DNA from: Chromera velia
Lineage: Eukaryota
DNA length: 47,064 nucleotides
Assembly: GCA_018398765.1 (NCBI GenBank)
Contig: JAHBMJ010000523.1
Span: 1-47,064 of the forward strand
Direction: 5' to 3'
The notes beneath the pieces were generated by a model. It was not told the DNA's origin. It saw nothing but the letters and a program-made list of their open reading frames with translations, and ran no database searches. Position 1 is the stretch's first letter. Each line of letters begins with the position of its first letter. The position numbers and the translations under genes are program-made. Shown in pieces: positions 12,134 through 32,834 of this stretch.

Positions 12134-12825
12134 GATCAAGGATTATGTGAGTTTATAGAAATAAATGACGGAACTCCGCGCGCACGAAAAAGGACTCCAG
12201 CCAGTGTACCGTGATCCAAAAGGATAATAATCGGCTTGACTCTGGGGAATCTCAACACACAGGGCAATGAAGTTCGATGACTGATGTCTTGAGAGGACCC
12301 ACTGTCCGATCCAGACAGCTATATATATATAGACCCTTTTCATGACATTTTCTGTAGTGACTGCATGCGGCAACAGGCTCGGCATGCATGCGTGGAATTA
12401 ATTGCGCGTGGATGCATTCGCGCGTTCCGAGCAAGAGGCAGCGGGCCCCGGAAAGACACTTTTTTGGATCATCAACGAATCATATGCGCGACCACGCAAA
12501 TCAATTAATTAATTAATTAAGATTTCGCTTTGCTGCATGGGCCACTCGCCCCGCGCTCCCTGTTGCTGGGCCCTGCATTTAACTCGGAACATGCGTGTCA
12601 AACGCCGACATCGTTAATTTGGTGTCTCTCCCAAGATCTCCCACACGTACTGAAACCCTCAATCATCCATTTCAATTGCGAGAATTGTACCGATGATAAA
12701 CGTAGGGATTCCACATGATTCGATTCCTCTTTGCAAGGTTGTCTTTCTGACAGTTGACGTGCATATAGACGGAGCACGACGTCTGTGTCTTTCGACCGGC
12801 TGAGTTCAGTCTGGCAAAACAAACG

Positions 12826-15306
12826 ATGCGGTTCCAGTACTTTCCCATAAGTCGTTTCGATTTTTCAGAGTGGTTCGACATCAAAACTGCCTGGATGAAT
12901 GGTGATCTGAATAGAGCCTGCGCGATCTTCGAGCGTAGCAATCGGTGGATCGACAGCTGGGTTTCGGCAGAATTTTCTCCTTTTTATCCATGGAGACGGG
13001 AAGATTTTGTGTTAGCAGGGCGGGATGAACAGTTTGTTGATTTTGTGTGTGCCTACGAGAGTTGGAAGAAAGCAGAGCAGCAGAGGAAGAGAGGGGCGGT
13101 TTGTGAGGGAAACAGAGGGGACGTGGAGATGGAGAGTGCTTCCGGCGCTTCGAACGTGCCAAGTCCGGGCACCCCGACGGAAACTTCCGCACGTTATTCC
13201 GAGCCACCGTCCCAGTTGGGCAGCAGCGGCCCTCCTCACTCCGAAGAGAACCACACTGTTGTTCCAGAAAGAGAAGAACGCATCAGTGACACAGCGTGTG
13301 TGCACCCTTGCATAACTGGCCAAAAACCCACCACGCCATGCGGGCCTCTCGACCAGTCCATCCCTCCGGACTTAAAGAAGTCACCCGCACCTTCCAACAA
13401 CGAGGTCCTTATGCAAGACGACGAGCAAGACAGCCAACAGACAACCCATTTCACTGAGACGCCTCCTCTTGGACTGCATCTCTCAATTTTGAAGAACAGA
13501 AAGCACTACAAGCTCGCATTTGGTCAGGGGTCTGGGGATAAACAGGCAAAGAGCTCTCACGGACCATTCCCAAAGGTCCGCTTTTGCGACCAGCACCTTC
13601 CGTGCGGCTGCGACAAGCCTTCTTGTGTATGCACTGAAAAGCTCCGCCTCCCCTTGGTTTTGTCTCACTGGGATGTTCGGCGTTCCCGTCCCGACATCTG
13701 TGGATGTGATGCAAAGGAAACGTGGATCGCCTTTGATCCCTCCACAGAATACATAAAAGGCTGTCTTGAGCCTCTGACGGGATCCCGCCTCGCTGCTGTG
13801 AAGAGAGAGCAGCGGCAGTCATTCGCAGCCCGCCACCTGAAACGGCAGCAGGAGGAGAAGTGCTTCGTCACCAAGGCTACGGCCGAGGTGGAGGAGGAGG
13901 GAGACCCGTGGGCCCCGAACGACTCTACACGGCAGACAAATCCCTGCTCCAACGAAACAGACACTGAGCGTCAGAGTGCGAAGGCAGGTGTTCCTGAAGG
14001 CAAAACTCAGGGGGTCGGAGAAGGGGAAGAGCAGAGAAAGGGTAGAGCAGTCGACCCAAAGGCAGAGGCCCGAGAAAGACTCCGCCAACAGATAGCTATT
14101 GCAGAAGAAAAGCAAAGACTGGAGAGAGAGCAGAGACGTCAGAAAGAAAAGGAAGACGAGCAGAGACGTCAGAGAGAAAGGGAAGACGAGCAGAGACGTC
14201 AGAAAGAAAAGGAAGACGAGCAGAGACGTCAGAGAGAAAGGGAAGACGAGCAGAGACGTCAGAAAGAAAGGGAAGACGAGCAGAGACGGCAGAGAGAAAG
14301 GGAGGATGAGCAGAGACGACAGAAAGAAAAGGAAGACGAGCAGTCACTAGAGACCGAGGTAAGAGAGGAGCAGAAACTGCAGAGAGAAAACGAAGGAGAA
14401 CAGAAATGGGAATCAAGGAAAGAAGAGGAACGAAGAGGGCAAGGGGAGAGGGAGAAAGAACAGACTCTTTGGGAAGAACAAGATGAGCAACACGGAGCTG
14501 CAGAGAAAGGGGATCAGAGACGACGGAAGGCAAAAAGAAACGGAAAGAAATCGGAGGAGAAACAGCAGCAAAGGCCCGAAATAGAAGCAGAGAAAGGGCG
14601 AGAAAACCAAGGCAAGACAGAGGTGCGAATGCAAGCTCACGAAGAAGAGAATGAAGAGCGGGGAAAGGAACGAAATGGAAACGGTGAGATTGCAAGGCCG
14701 CACAAGAAAATCGTCGAAGCGCTGCAGAATGAGATGACTCACAAGGACAGTCAAGAAATGAAAGAGGCTCGGAAGAACAGTCAGAGGAAGGAACTTCTTG
14801 CCAAACTACAGCAGCGAGGTCCAGTGAAGGGCGGGTGGGTGGGAACTATCCGTGACATGGTTGCAGGACTCTCGAGCTGTTGCATCCGCACGAAGCCAGA
14901 GGGGGTGAAGGAACCCAAACATCTGTCAAAGAATGAGGTTGACAGATTGACCAGAGAGCTCCGTAAGCTTGAGATGGGTAAGAGGTCAAAGGAGCATCAC
15001 GTTGACCAAAAGGTAGTGCAGGAGTGCAGTGGGGGTGAGAGGGGGCGATCGTTACACCGGGGGCAACCACAGGGGCTGAGAAACCCTTCCAGTGCTATTC
15101 AAGAGCCGAGGTCTCTTTCGCGAGATCCCTTCTTGCGAAAGGGCGCCAGAGAGGGTCATTCCACCTGTCAACAGAGGGAACCGCGTGGAAGATCCAGAGT
15201 TCGAGACGTGAACGATTCTAGCGATTGTCCGGCGGGTATTCCGAGTGGCGGGAGAGGGGTCAGTCATGACCAGCTGTGGAGAGATAGTCTCAGGTCTGGT
15301 CGATGA
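12826..15306 (+). CDS. Intronless 826-aa hypothetical protein: aromatic-rich N-terminal domain, SILK and KVRF (RVxF) motifs, Cys-rich patch, E/R/K/Q-rich coiled-coil repeats
   Basis: Uninterrupted 2481-nt ORF from ATG to TGA; no family recognised. Confidence 0.7.
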   Translation: MRFQYFPISRFDFSEWFDIKTAWMNGDLNRACAIFERSNRWIDSWVSAEFSPFYPWRREDFVLAGRDEQFVDFVCAYESWKKAEQQRKRGAVCEGNRGDVEMESASGASNVPSPGTPTETSARYSEPPSQLGSSGPPHSEENHTVVPEREERISDTACVHPCITGQKPTTPCGPLDQSIPPDLKKSPAPSNNEVLMQDDEQDSQQTTHFTETPPLGLHLSILKNRKHYKLAFGQGSGDKQAKSSHGPFPKVRFCDQHLPCGCDKPSCVCTEKLRLPLVLSHWDVRRSRPDICGCDAKETWIAFDPSTEYIKGCLEPLTGSRLAAVKREQRQSFAARHLKRQQEEKCFVTKATAEVEEEGDPWAPNDSTRQTNPCSNETDTERQSAKAGVPEGKTQGVGEGEEQRKGRAVDPKAEARERLRQQIAIAEEKQRLEREQRRQKEKEDEQRRQREREDEQRRQKEKEDEQRRQREREDEQRRQKEREDEQRRQREREDEQRRQKEKEDEQSLETEVREEQKLQRENEGEQKWESRKEEERRGQGEREKEQTLWEEQDEQHGAAEKGDQRRRKAKRNGKKSEEKQQQRPEIEAEKGRENQGKTEVRMQAHEEENEERGKERNGNGEIARPHKKIVEALQNEMTHKDSQEMKEARKNSQRKELLAKLQQRGPVKGGWVGTIRDMVAGLSSCCIRTKPEGVKEPKHLSKNEVDRLTRELRKLEMGKRSKEHHVDQKVVQECSGGERGRSLHRGQPQGLRNPSSAIQEPRSLSRDPFLRKGAREGHSTCQQREPRGRSRVRDVNDSSDCPAGIPSGGRGVSHDQLWRDSLRSGR
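14128..14343 (+). repeat. Seven tandem 30-bp coding repeats (EQRRQ[K/R]E[K/R]ED)
   Basis: Unit GAGCAGAGACGTCAGA(A/G)AGAAA(A/G)GGAAGAC repeated 7 times, in frame within the 826-aa ORF. Confidence 0.95.
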
Positions 15307-16621
15307 GCGCAGCAGCTTAACAAAGCCGGAGCAGCACTGCATGAAGGTCAGCAAGATTGATTTCGGCTTTGATTGCCTTCCCTTCGAGCACCACCCTCGT
15401 GTTTGTCCTTGATCCCTTTCCTCTTTCTCTTCTGCTTTTGGAGTAGAGAGTGTGTACCGGGCTTCCGTCAGGACATCTCTGCTTGGCCTTCTGTCCCTTG
15501 CTGCAGTCGCGACGGTGGTCTGCCCTCTTCTATGAGTAAACGACAGAAGGAAAGCGGAGGGTATCCCCACCCAGTTGTGGGCGGGCGGAGGCGTTCAGGG
15601 ATGGGGGAGAGTGGGTGTTGGGGGAAGGGCAGGAATGATGAAGGGCGCTCTTTCATGCTTGAGAAGTGAAGTTTTGTTTTTTGGCATCTGAAGTAGAAAG
15701 GAAAGAACACACTGGAGTCCTGAGGTCATTTTTGATGTTTGACAAAATGTGAACCGTTGGAGTTGCTCGCGTATTGTGTTTACGTAAATGTACACATGCA
15801 TGCCCCTTTGCTTTTTTGTCGGCACAATGAGCGCGACGTTTCTTCTCTCAATCATAGTGCGTGGGGCACCTTGACCAAATGGCAATGCCTTTTCGTCAGT
15901 CTGTCTTTCGCCGATGTAAAGTTTTCTGCGCATTTGGTTTCTTGCATTCGCTTTCTATGCAAAATCGTCACATGTACCTGATTCCTGTAGTCCGTCCGTC
16001 ATCCTATACCGCCTTATTCCTTGAAAGTTGTCGACCTGTACCACTGCAATCGTTCTCTTGATGCAAATGGGAAGGGGGTTCAGTGTTATGACACTCCAGC
16101 CGTTCCTTCCCGTCTTCTTCAAATGAAGCTGCTGCGTTCGTTCTTTTGTCTACACCTTTTGGTCCCCTGCACGCTGTCTCAACTCTTTTGAATTTCAGGA
16201 CTGCGTTTGATGAAGTGGAAATGATGTGACGCTGCGCATCCTTTTGGTTTTCTCTGATGTCGATAAATGCGCCGCTTTCTTTACGCAAGGCTCAGTTTTC
16301 GCTTCATGACACAAAATTTAATGCCATCAGACTGCATGTCTATTACCTGAGCTCCCTTTTTGCCTTTGCTGCCTTTGATTCTGCTTTCCGTCAATTATCC
16401 ATCTGTGTGTATGGCCAAGGCTGAGGGACCGCAACATATCCCTCTCTGCGTTTGGCTGTTCGGGATGCCCGTTTGATGGAGTATTCTCCGATGATGCTGC
16501 AATGCGCCTCTGTTTGGGCTTGTAAAATAGCGAGAAACGTAGAAGAAAAGGAAGCGAGAAACCTAGCGAGAAACTCTTCGGGAAAATGTTCAGACACAAA
16601 GCAGTGAAAGCACGGAACTAG

Positions 16622-17559
16622 GCACGGAAGGAGCTGTGCGTCATAATAGACAGAGAGAGAATAGGGAGAGCCCCTTTTTGCTATACGAGAGTGGCACCGC
16701 GATCGGAACACAGGAGGAGAGCAGCATGCAGGGTGGGAGACAGGGCTGTGGCTGCGACTCAGGGAAAAATTCCGGTAAGGGGGGGAGAGAAGGTGCCGTT
16801 ACAGAAAAGGACGTGCCAGTTCTGTCGAGGGTGGTTGGGAATCGAGGTGGTGGAAGATGAAATCCATCTGGTGACAGAATGTCCTGTTTTTGACAGAGAG
16901 AGAGCAGAGATGTTCAGGAAGATAGAAGAGAAATGGGACAGCAAGATGGAAGAAAGAGCCAGAAAGGCAGCCACAGAAAGAGAAGGGCTCAACAGAGAAG
17001 AGGGAAAAAGAGACAACTCGACGCTTTTCTGCTTTCTGTTGAATGAATGTCATGCCGCAGTGGATGAGTTTTTGGGATGGGCGTCATTCAGACGGAGGGT
17101 GTTTGAGGAGTGTCCAGGACGGTACGGACACATAGAGGGAGACGCTCTGGCAGCCAGACATGCAGGAATCACCGGAAAGCAGCGGGCGATCGAGAGACTA
17201 ACAAAGGAATATGAGGAGACGATTGATAACTTAGAGACGACCGAAGGAGCGTTAGGGTGGGGAAGGAGGGAGCCGCAGAAGAAGATTGATAAAGCGAACA
17301 AGAAGAGCGAGGAAGCCTAAATCGCATGCCGTTTCAGATCGATTTTCAGGCCGGAAAGCCAACACGGATCCAGAGCCGTGGCTCGAACAACGAACAATCA
17401 TGCAGCAGCGGCCAGGGCAACAGACTCTGGCGGGCCCCGAGGGCGGGGTCTGATACCTCCGCTTAGGCTGGGGAACGCCCCGCCCTGCTAGCTCTGGCGA
17501 CAGATAAACATAGCGGGAAGGCCCTAGGGTGGAACATATCAATCAATCAATCAATCAAT
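16622..17559 (+). mobile_element. 5'-truncated non-LTR retrotransposon (LINE) fragment: ORF2 C-terminal zinc knuckle, 3' UTR and (ATCA)n tail
   Basis: Open frame 16622-17320 contains RTCQFC-x8-EDEIHLVTECPVFDRER, the CCHC-type motif found after the RT domain in many LINE ORF2 proteins. It is followed by a ~220-nt GC-rich UTR and (ATCA)5 at 17538-17557. No RT or endonuclease domain is present and no target-site duplication was found. Confidence 0.75.
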
Positions 17560-17594
17560 TCGGTGCATGCCCTATAGTGCATGCCGCAGTGTTG

Positions 17595-18200
17595 ACTAGA
17601 TTTTGCTCAAACCACGTGTTGTACATCAATTTACTAGTATTAACTAGTCTATTAATTTTTAAGTTGCTTATGTTTTAATAAAATCTTTAAATACTAGGTT
17701 AAAAAGCAGTCTGGCTATGTAATTGAACCTACATGCAATTAGACATACTATGAATTCTATTATACGACAATTTGTATACAAGTTTAAAAGAGAACATCCA
17801 GAGTAATATAGTAGGTAATTTAGTGAAATTAATTAAGTTAAACGCTATTACAGCTAGAAACAAACTTTAAAACTGCTTCAGGCATTGCTGCTAAATGCTA
17901 GAAGCCTAACACGCTAGCTAAAAATGGGTGACTTAGAATGGCAATCGCATAAAATGATAATGAAGATGTACGTTCATGAGGGACGACTTATGAACCAAGT
18001 TCTAGTAAAAAGTACGGCAACACTGCTCTATACTTCGCAAGGCTAGTGTGACTTATTCAATGGTATCATACGATCATAATTGTTTTCAATTGTATTTTTT
18101 CTTCAAGCTGCATGAAACCATAACTCAATTAACCTAAGGAGCTAATTGACGCTCTGTTCACCATTGTTCAAATAAAAATTTAATATATGAAATCTTTCGG
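17595..18200. repeat. AT/TpA-rich island, probable decayed repeat
   Basis: Low GC, dense CTAG/TAA/TAG, no intact ORF; sits directly downstream of the LINE fragment. Confidence 0.45.
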
Positions 18201-18239
18201 AGCTTTTTTGTGCGGTGCATTCTGAAACCTTAACTGTTT

Positions 18240-27894
<9,655 letters not shown>

Positions 27895-28323
27895 TTCGTG
27901 CGAAAAAAAAGGGACAGATTTTCTCAAATTAAAAAAGAGATACACCCTCATATAGGTGAGTGCCTCGTATAGTGCATGCATGAATTGCTTATATTCCGCC
28001 ATCTGAAAGAATTCGATGCAAAATTTCACTTTCTTGGGGCCTCTCACGCTTAACAAAGCTGCGTAGCCTGAGTTGCCCACTGAGACGGTCATGCATGATA
28101 CCGTGAGAACGCAGTTCTCTAACAAAAAGAACAGATATGTCGCCGTTTCCTGCTGAACAGTCCTCCTCAGTACATTTGCATTTGACTGAAGAAAGACACG
28201 TGAACCAAGAAACAGTCCGTTTGTTCGTTTCTCTCAAGAGGTCAAGGCGACGGTCTCGAACGGTCGCTCTGACTGACTGACCTGAGTTGCTGCCAAAGCT
28301 AGGCAAGCAATTGCCGAAGCAAG

Positions 28324-29691
28324 ATGCCTCAACTCAACGCTTTGTGCACCTGCTGTGAGCGTGAGGGCAGGGATGACCGGAGAGATGACTACGATGCAAT
28401 GCACAGCGTGGATGTGGGGGCTGCGGGCGCGAAGCCTTCCGCGCAGTCGAGCAACAGTACGTTTTTGGGGATGTTCAATCTCAGTTGGATCCGGTGTTGT
28501 GGTCCAAGGGAGGAAAAGAGTCCGAAGGTCATGGACACTCGCACAAACAGCATGAACTTCAACCGATCCAATCTGATTACCGAACATTATCTGGGTGACA
28601 GTATGACGATCCATGACAGATTTGACATCACATCCAAATCCCTCGGAGCAGGTTCGTACGGAACGGTCTGTAAGGGACGTGACAAGGCAACAGGTCTTGA
28701 GCGAGCCATCAAGATTCTGAGGAAGGCCAACATCAAGAAACCACAACGAGTTGCCAGAGAGATCAAAGTCTTGAAGGGTATGGACCATCCCCATGTCGTA
28801 CGTCTGTATGAGGTGATAGAGGATCAGATGAATATCTATCTGGTCATGGAGATGCTCTCTGGAGGTGAACTCTTCGAGCGCATCAAGGAGAAACGCCAGT
28901 TCTCTGAGGCTGCAGCTGCCTCGACGATGAAGCAGATCTTCTCTGCACTCGCGTACTGCCACGAGCGAGGCATCATCCACAGGGACCTGAAGCCCGAGAA
29001 CCTCATGTACGCAACGCAGGACCCGAAGGCAACCCTGAAGGTCAGTCACTTTCTGTCGATTGTTGAAGTGGGGCGACACGAATGTCTTCCTGGACGAGAA
29101 ACGTGGGGGGCCAATATTGGAAGCAGGGAAGCGGCGAGTGGATGCATGGACCGGTGGACAAGGAAAGCCAAACCAAAGGACTGCTGGGTGTACGCGGACG
29201 CGTTGACAGTTCGGCAGACAAAGCACGGAGTGATTCACGAAAGATGAGAAGCAAGGTAGACAGGCACACACGCGGATGTAAGGATAAATGAACTGCCCTA
29301 GCGTTATGACTTTACAGTACTTGTAGACCGCAGCGCGACGAGCACGGTTGCATTCTCGCTGCCCTGGAAGGTGTTCCTCGTTTTCATTTGAGTCTCTTGT
29401 CTTCTGTTTCTGCCGTGCTTTGCCTCCCTCCCTCCCTCCCTCCCTCCCTGCAGGTTATCGACTGGGGTTTCGCCGCCAAGTGTGAGGCCTCTCACGTGTT
29501 CAACTCCACAGTCGGCACTCCCTACTACGTGGCCCCAGAGGTCCTCGAGGGGAGGTACGACCACATGTGCGACCTCTGGAGTGCGGGTGTGATCCTGCAC
29601 ATTCTCCTGTGTGGGTATCCTCCCTTCACAGGGGCAGGGAACAAAGAGATCCTCGAGAAGGTCGGTCGGTTGGTTCGTGTTCATCTCTTCT

Positions 29692-29732
<41 letters not shown>

Positions 29733-29733
29733 C

Positions 29734-29764
<31 letters not shown>

Positions 29765-29765
29765 G

Positions 29766-29796
<31 letters not shown>

Positions 29797-30322
29797 CGTG
29801 TGTGTGTGTGTGCGAACGTGTGTGTGATTGTATGTATGTATGTATGTATGTATGTATATATATACGTGCAGGTCCGGAAGGGCAAGTTGGAGATGAACCC
29901 CAAGTACTGGGGTCCTTCTAGGGTGTCCCCAGAGGCCAGAAAACTCGTCGAGGGCCTTCTCACAAAAGACCCCGCAAAGAGGGTCACGGCATCCCAGGCA
30001 CTCAGCTATCCCTGGGTGAACATGGGAGAGGCCGCACAGCCTATGGTGTCGTTCTCAGCACACAGAGCGGCAGCAGAGGGGACCGTGAAGAACTTCCTGG
30101 CGTTCCATCAGCAGAACGCACTCAAGAAAGTTGCCATCACCTCAATCGCCTATCAGCTTCGATCGACTGATATTGGTCGGTTGTTTTCGGCTTTGTACAT
30201 GCGAAAGTGTTTTCGTTGTGTTGGTTTCATTCGAGTGTTCTTGTAATAGTTTATTTTCGTGGAAACGTTGGTAGAGCCGAATCGTTGGATTCCGTGTTTG
30301 CGTGTTCCAGATTGTTTCTTCT

Positions 30323-30354
<32 letters not shown>

Positions 30355-32296
30355 TTTTTCTTCTTCTCCTTCTTCTTCTTCTTTTTCTTCTTCTTCTTCT
30401 TCTTCTTCTTCTTTTTCTTCTCCTTCTTCTCTTTCTTCTCTGAATCAGTGCAATGGATATCTGGCACGGTTGGTTTCTTCTGAGCGGAGAGAAAGAGGTT
30501 GATTTGTGTATGTATGTATGTATCTATATATGTGTGTCCATTTTTTGTCATCGTTTCTTCGCTTGACCTTTTTGTTTTTGTCGCCCCTTCCCTTTGCCTC
30601 TGTGCGCCTTCTGCCTGAATGTGGTCTTCCTTCCTGCAGGCCAGCTCCACGAATTCTTCCAGACCCTCGACAAGGATGGAGACGGCTGTCTGACCTTCCA
30701 AGAGATCCATGAGGGTCTTAACAAGTTCCAGGTGCGGTGCATAGGCATGCATGTGCATGTGGGAGTATACATGGGGATGTTGGAGCGTATGTGATGCATG
30801 ATCAATTTGATGACCGCTGTTGCTCTCACTCTAGGAGAGGAAAAGCTTGAGAGACAAACTCAACAACAACAAATCCGTTCTCCCTGCGCACCCCTTCCTT
30901 CCACACTTTCCGTCGCCTGAAAGACATTTGTGAAGATAGCCCCTTTTTGTTTGATGCGTTTTTTCGACATCCATTATCCGACTGTCTGATCTGACCGTAT
31001 ATCAACATCATTTTGTGCATGCTGAATGCACCTGCAGGTCCGTCTGCCCTCCAACCTGATGGACGTGGTTGAGGCCCTGGACACAGACCTGAGTGGGCAG
31101 ATCGACTACACAGAGTTCATCGCTGCATCACTAGATGAAAGGGTCAGTCAGGCAAGCAGACAGGGACACAGGCACTGAAGGAGTGTGTGAGTTCACAACT
31201 TAGGAAGGTAGCAGGAGGGTGGAGTGACCACACAACATTGTATTTGTAATGAAATGATTGATTCTCGCGCTCAGTGACCTACTGGAAAAACGAATCAATC
31301 CTGTCTTTCCTTCCTTCCTTTCTCGTTCCTCCCCTTCCTTGCAGGTCTACCAAAGCGAGACCGCCTGCCGAGCCGCCTTCCAGGCCTTCGACAGGAACGG
31401 AGACGGCCAGATCACCAAGGAAGAGCTGAAGCAGGTCAGTCAGTGAACGCGATTACCGTCCTTAGTATGCAGGAAGGTGGGGGTGTTCCGGAAGCATCCA
31501 AAGAAACAGATCAAGTGAAAAATCCGACGAGAAGTGACTGACGAGCTCTTGAACCAGCTCGTCGTGGTGAATTTCTTTCTTCACTTAGATTACGGAAGTC
31601 GCATTTTACCCTTTTCTGCATTCTTCTCTGCATGTCTGAAAGGCAGAGGAAACCATGATCCCGGTGAGGAACGCAGAGGGGGGAAGAGAGGCAAGAGCTT
31701 CAAGCATGCGTTCGTCTGTGTGATTTGGGCAGGATAGCGCAGGAGTAATACACTGCCTGAGTATGAAACCTATCGACGACGATCAGAGTACCGTTTAGAC
31801 CTGTTAACGGACGTCCATTGTTTTGTGAAAACCCCTTCCCCACTATTCAGGTTCTCGCGACAATGAAGGGAGGGGACGCCTCCACTGCCGCTTCTTCCTG
31901 CTCAAAGAAGAGCTGCAAGGACACCAAGTGCAACACACACGGACTCTCAGCCCCAGCCATAGAGGGAGACCTCAGCGACCAGGAGGTCGAGGAATTTCTC
32001 CGACAGGTCAGGAGAGAAAGAGTGAGTGAGAAAGAACCAAATTGTTCTCACTAATTCATTCCAGCGCTGCTCCAACGCTTAGATAAACCGGCCCCCTCAC
32101 CTCCCTCCAAGCAAAATGATGGAGTTTCCCGGAGTGTGGCAGTCACTGGCCGCTTCATTCGAGGTGCATGCCTGATTTTGTGCTCTTTTTGGTTCTGCGT
32201 TTTCTCAACATCTCTTCGTCTGTCTGTATGTTTCTGTCTGTCTGTCTGTCTGTATGTATGTCTGTATGTCTGTATGTCTGTACGTCTGTATGTCTG

Positions 32297-32327
<31 letters not shown>

Positions 32328-32834
32328 GTGTGTGTCTGTCTGCAGGTCGACAAGAACGGAGATGGCTGCATCGATATCGACGAGTTCACTGAGATGATGC
32401 GGTGAGTGCCTCACTTGGCGAGCTACAAATAAATGTTTATTTCTTTCGGTTGCATAGAATGGAGGCGAAGCTCTCCAAGATTGATTTCTTGAAAACAGGT
32501 TCTACTAGTGCATGCACACTTCCGTTTTTTGTCTTTCCTTCTCTTCATGCTCCTTTCCCTCCCTATCTCCTCCCTCCCTCTGCCACCGAGCAAAGGCTCT
32601 CCATTAATTTCCAGCCTCTGTCTCGGTTCGCTCTTGGCTCTAGTCCCCTTACTGCCTCTGTGCACGATGAATAGCGGAAAGTGAAGGCCATGACAAGATG
32701 CAGTTGTACCAGAACAGGATTTGAATGTATCTTTGTTCCTTGTTTGCCTGCCTGCCTGCAGGAGCGAGGTGGTGAAGAAAAGCGGTCTGGACAAGGGCAG
32801 CTTGGACCCTAGGAGCGTCCGCCTCGCTCACTGA
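28324..32834 (+). CDS. CDPK5: Calcium-dependent protein kinase, apicomplexan CDPK5-like (kinase domain plus 4 EF-hands)
   Basis: Exons 28324-29040, 29454-29660, 29872-30175, 30640-30731, 31038-31142, 31345-31434, 31851-32006, 32346-32401, 32762-32834; all GT-AG and phase-consistent. Motifs [46 protein letters not shown] loops [51 protein letters not shown] in place of DFG and the pre-kinase FNRSNLITE match my recollection of Plasmodium CDPK5; the subtype needs phylogenetic confirmation. Confidence 0.93.
29695..29864 (+). repeat. Compound intronic microsatellite (CT)n-(GT)n-(TATG)n in CDPK intron 2
   Basis: Directly visible. Confidence 0.95.
30315..30440 (+). repeat. (TTC)n polypyrimidine microsatellite in CDPK intron 3
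   Basis: Directly visible; gives spurious poly-K/F/S/L ORFs. Confidence 0.95.

Noticed and set aside
14128..14343. CRISPR-like array
   Set aside because: The 30-bp units are contiguous with no spacers, are in-frame coding repeats, and the context is eukaryotic.
17440..17486. Possible hammerhead ribozyme (CTGATAC...GAAC inside a stem)
   Set aside because: The core deviates from CUGANGA/GAAA and there is no third stem or cleavage triplet; treated as a LINE 3' UTR stem-loop.
30153..30758. Poly-Lys/Phe/Ser/Leu ORFs
   Set aside because: Generated by the (TTC)n tract in CDPK intron 3.
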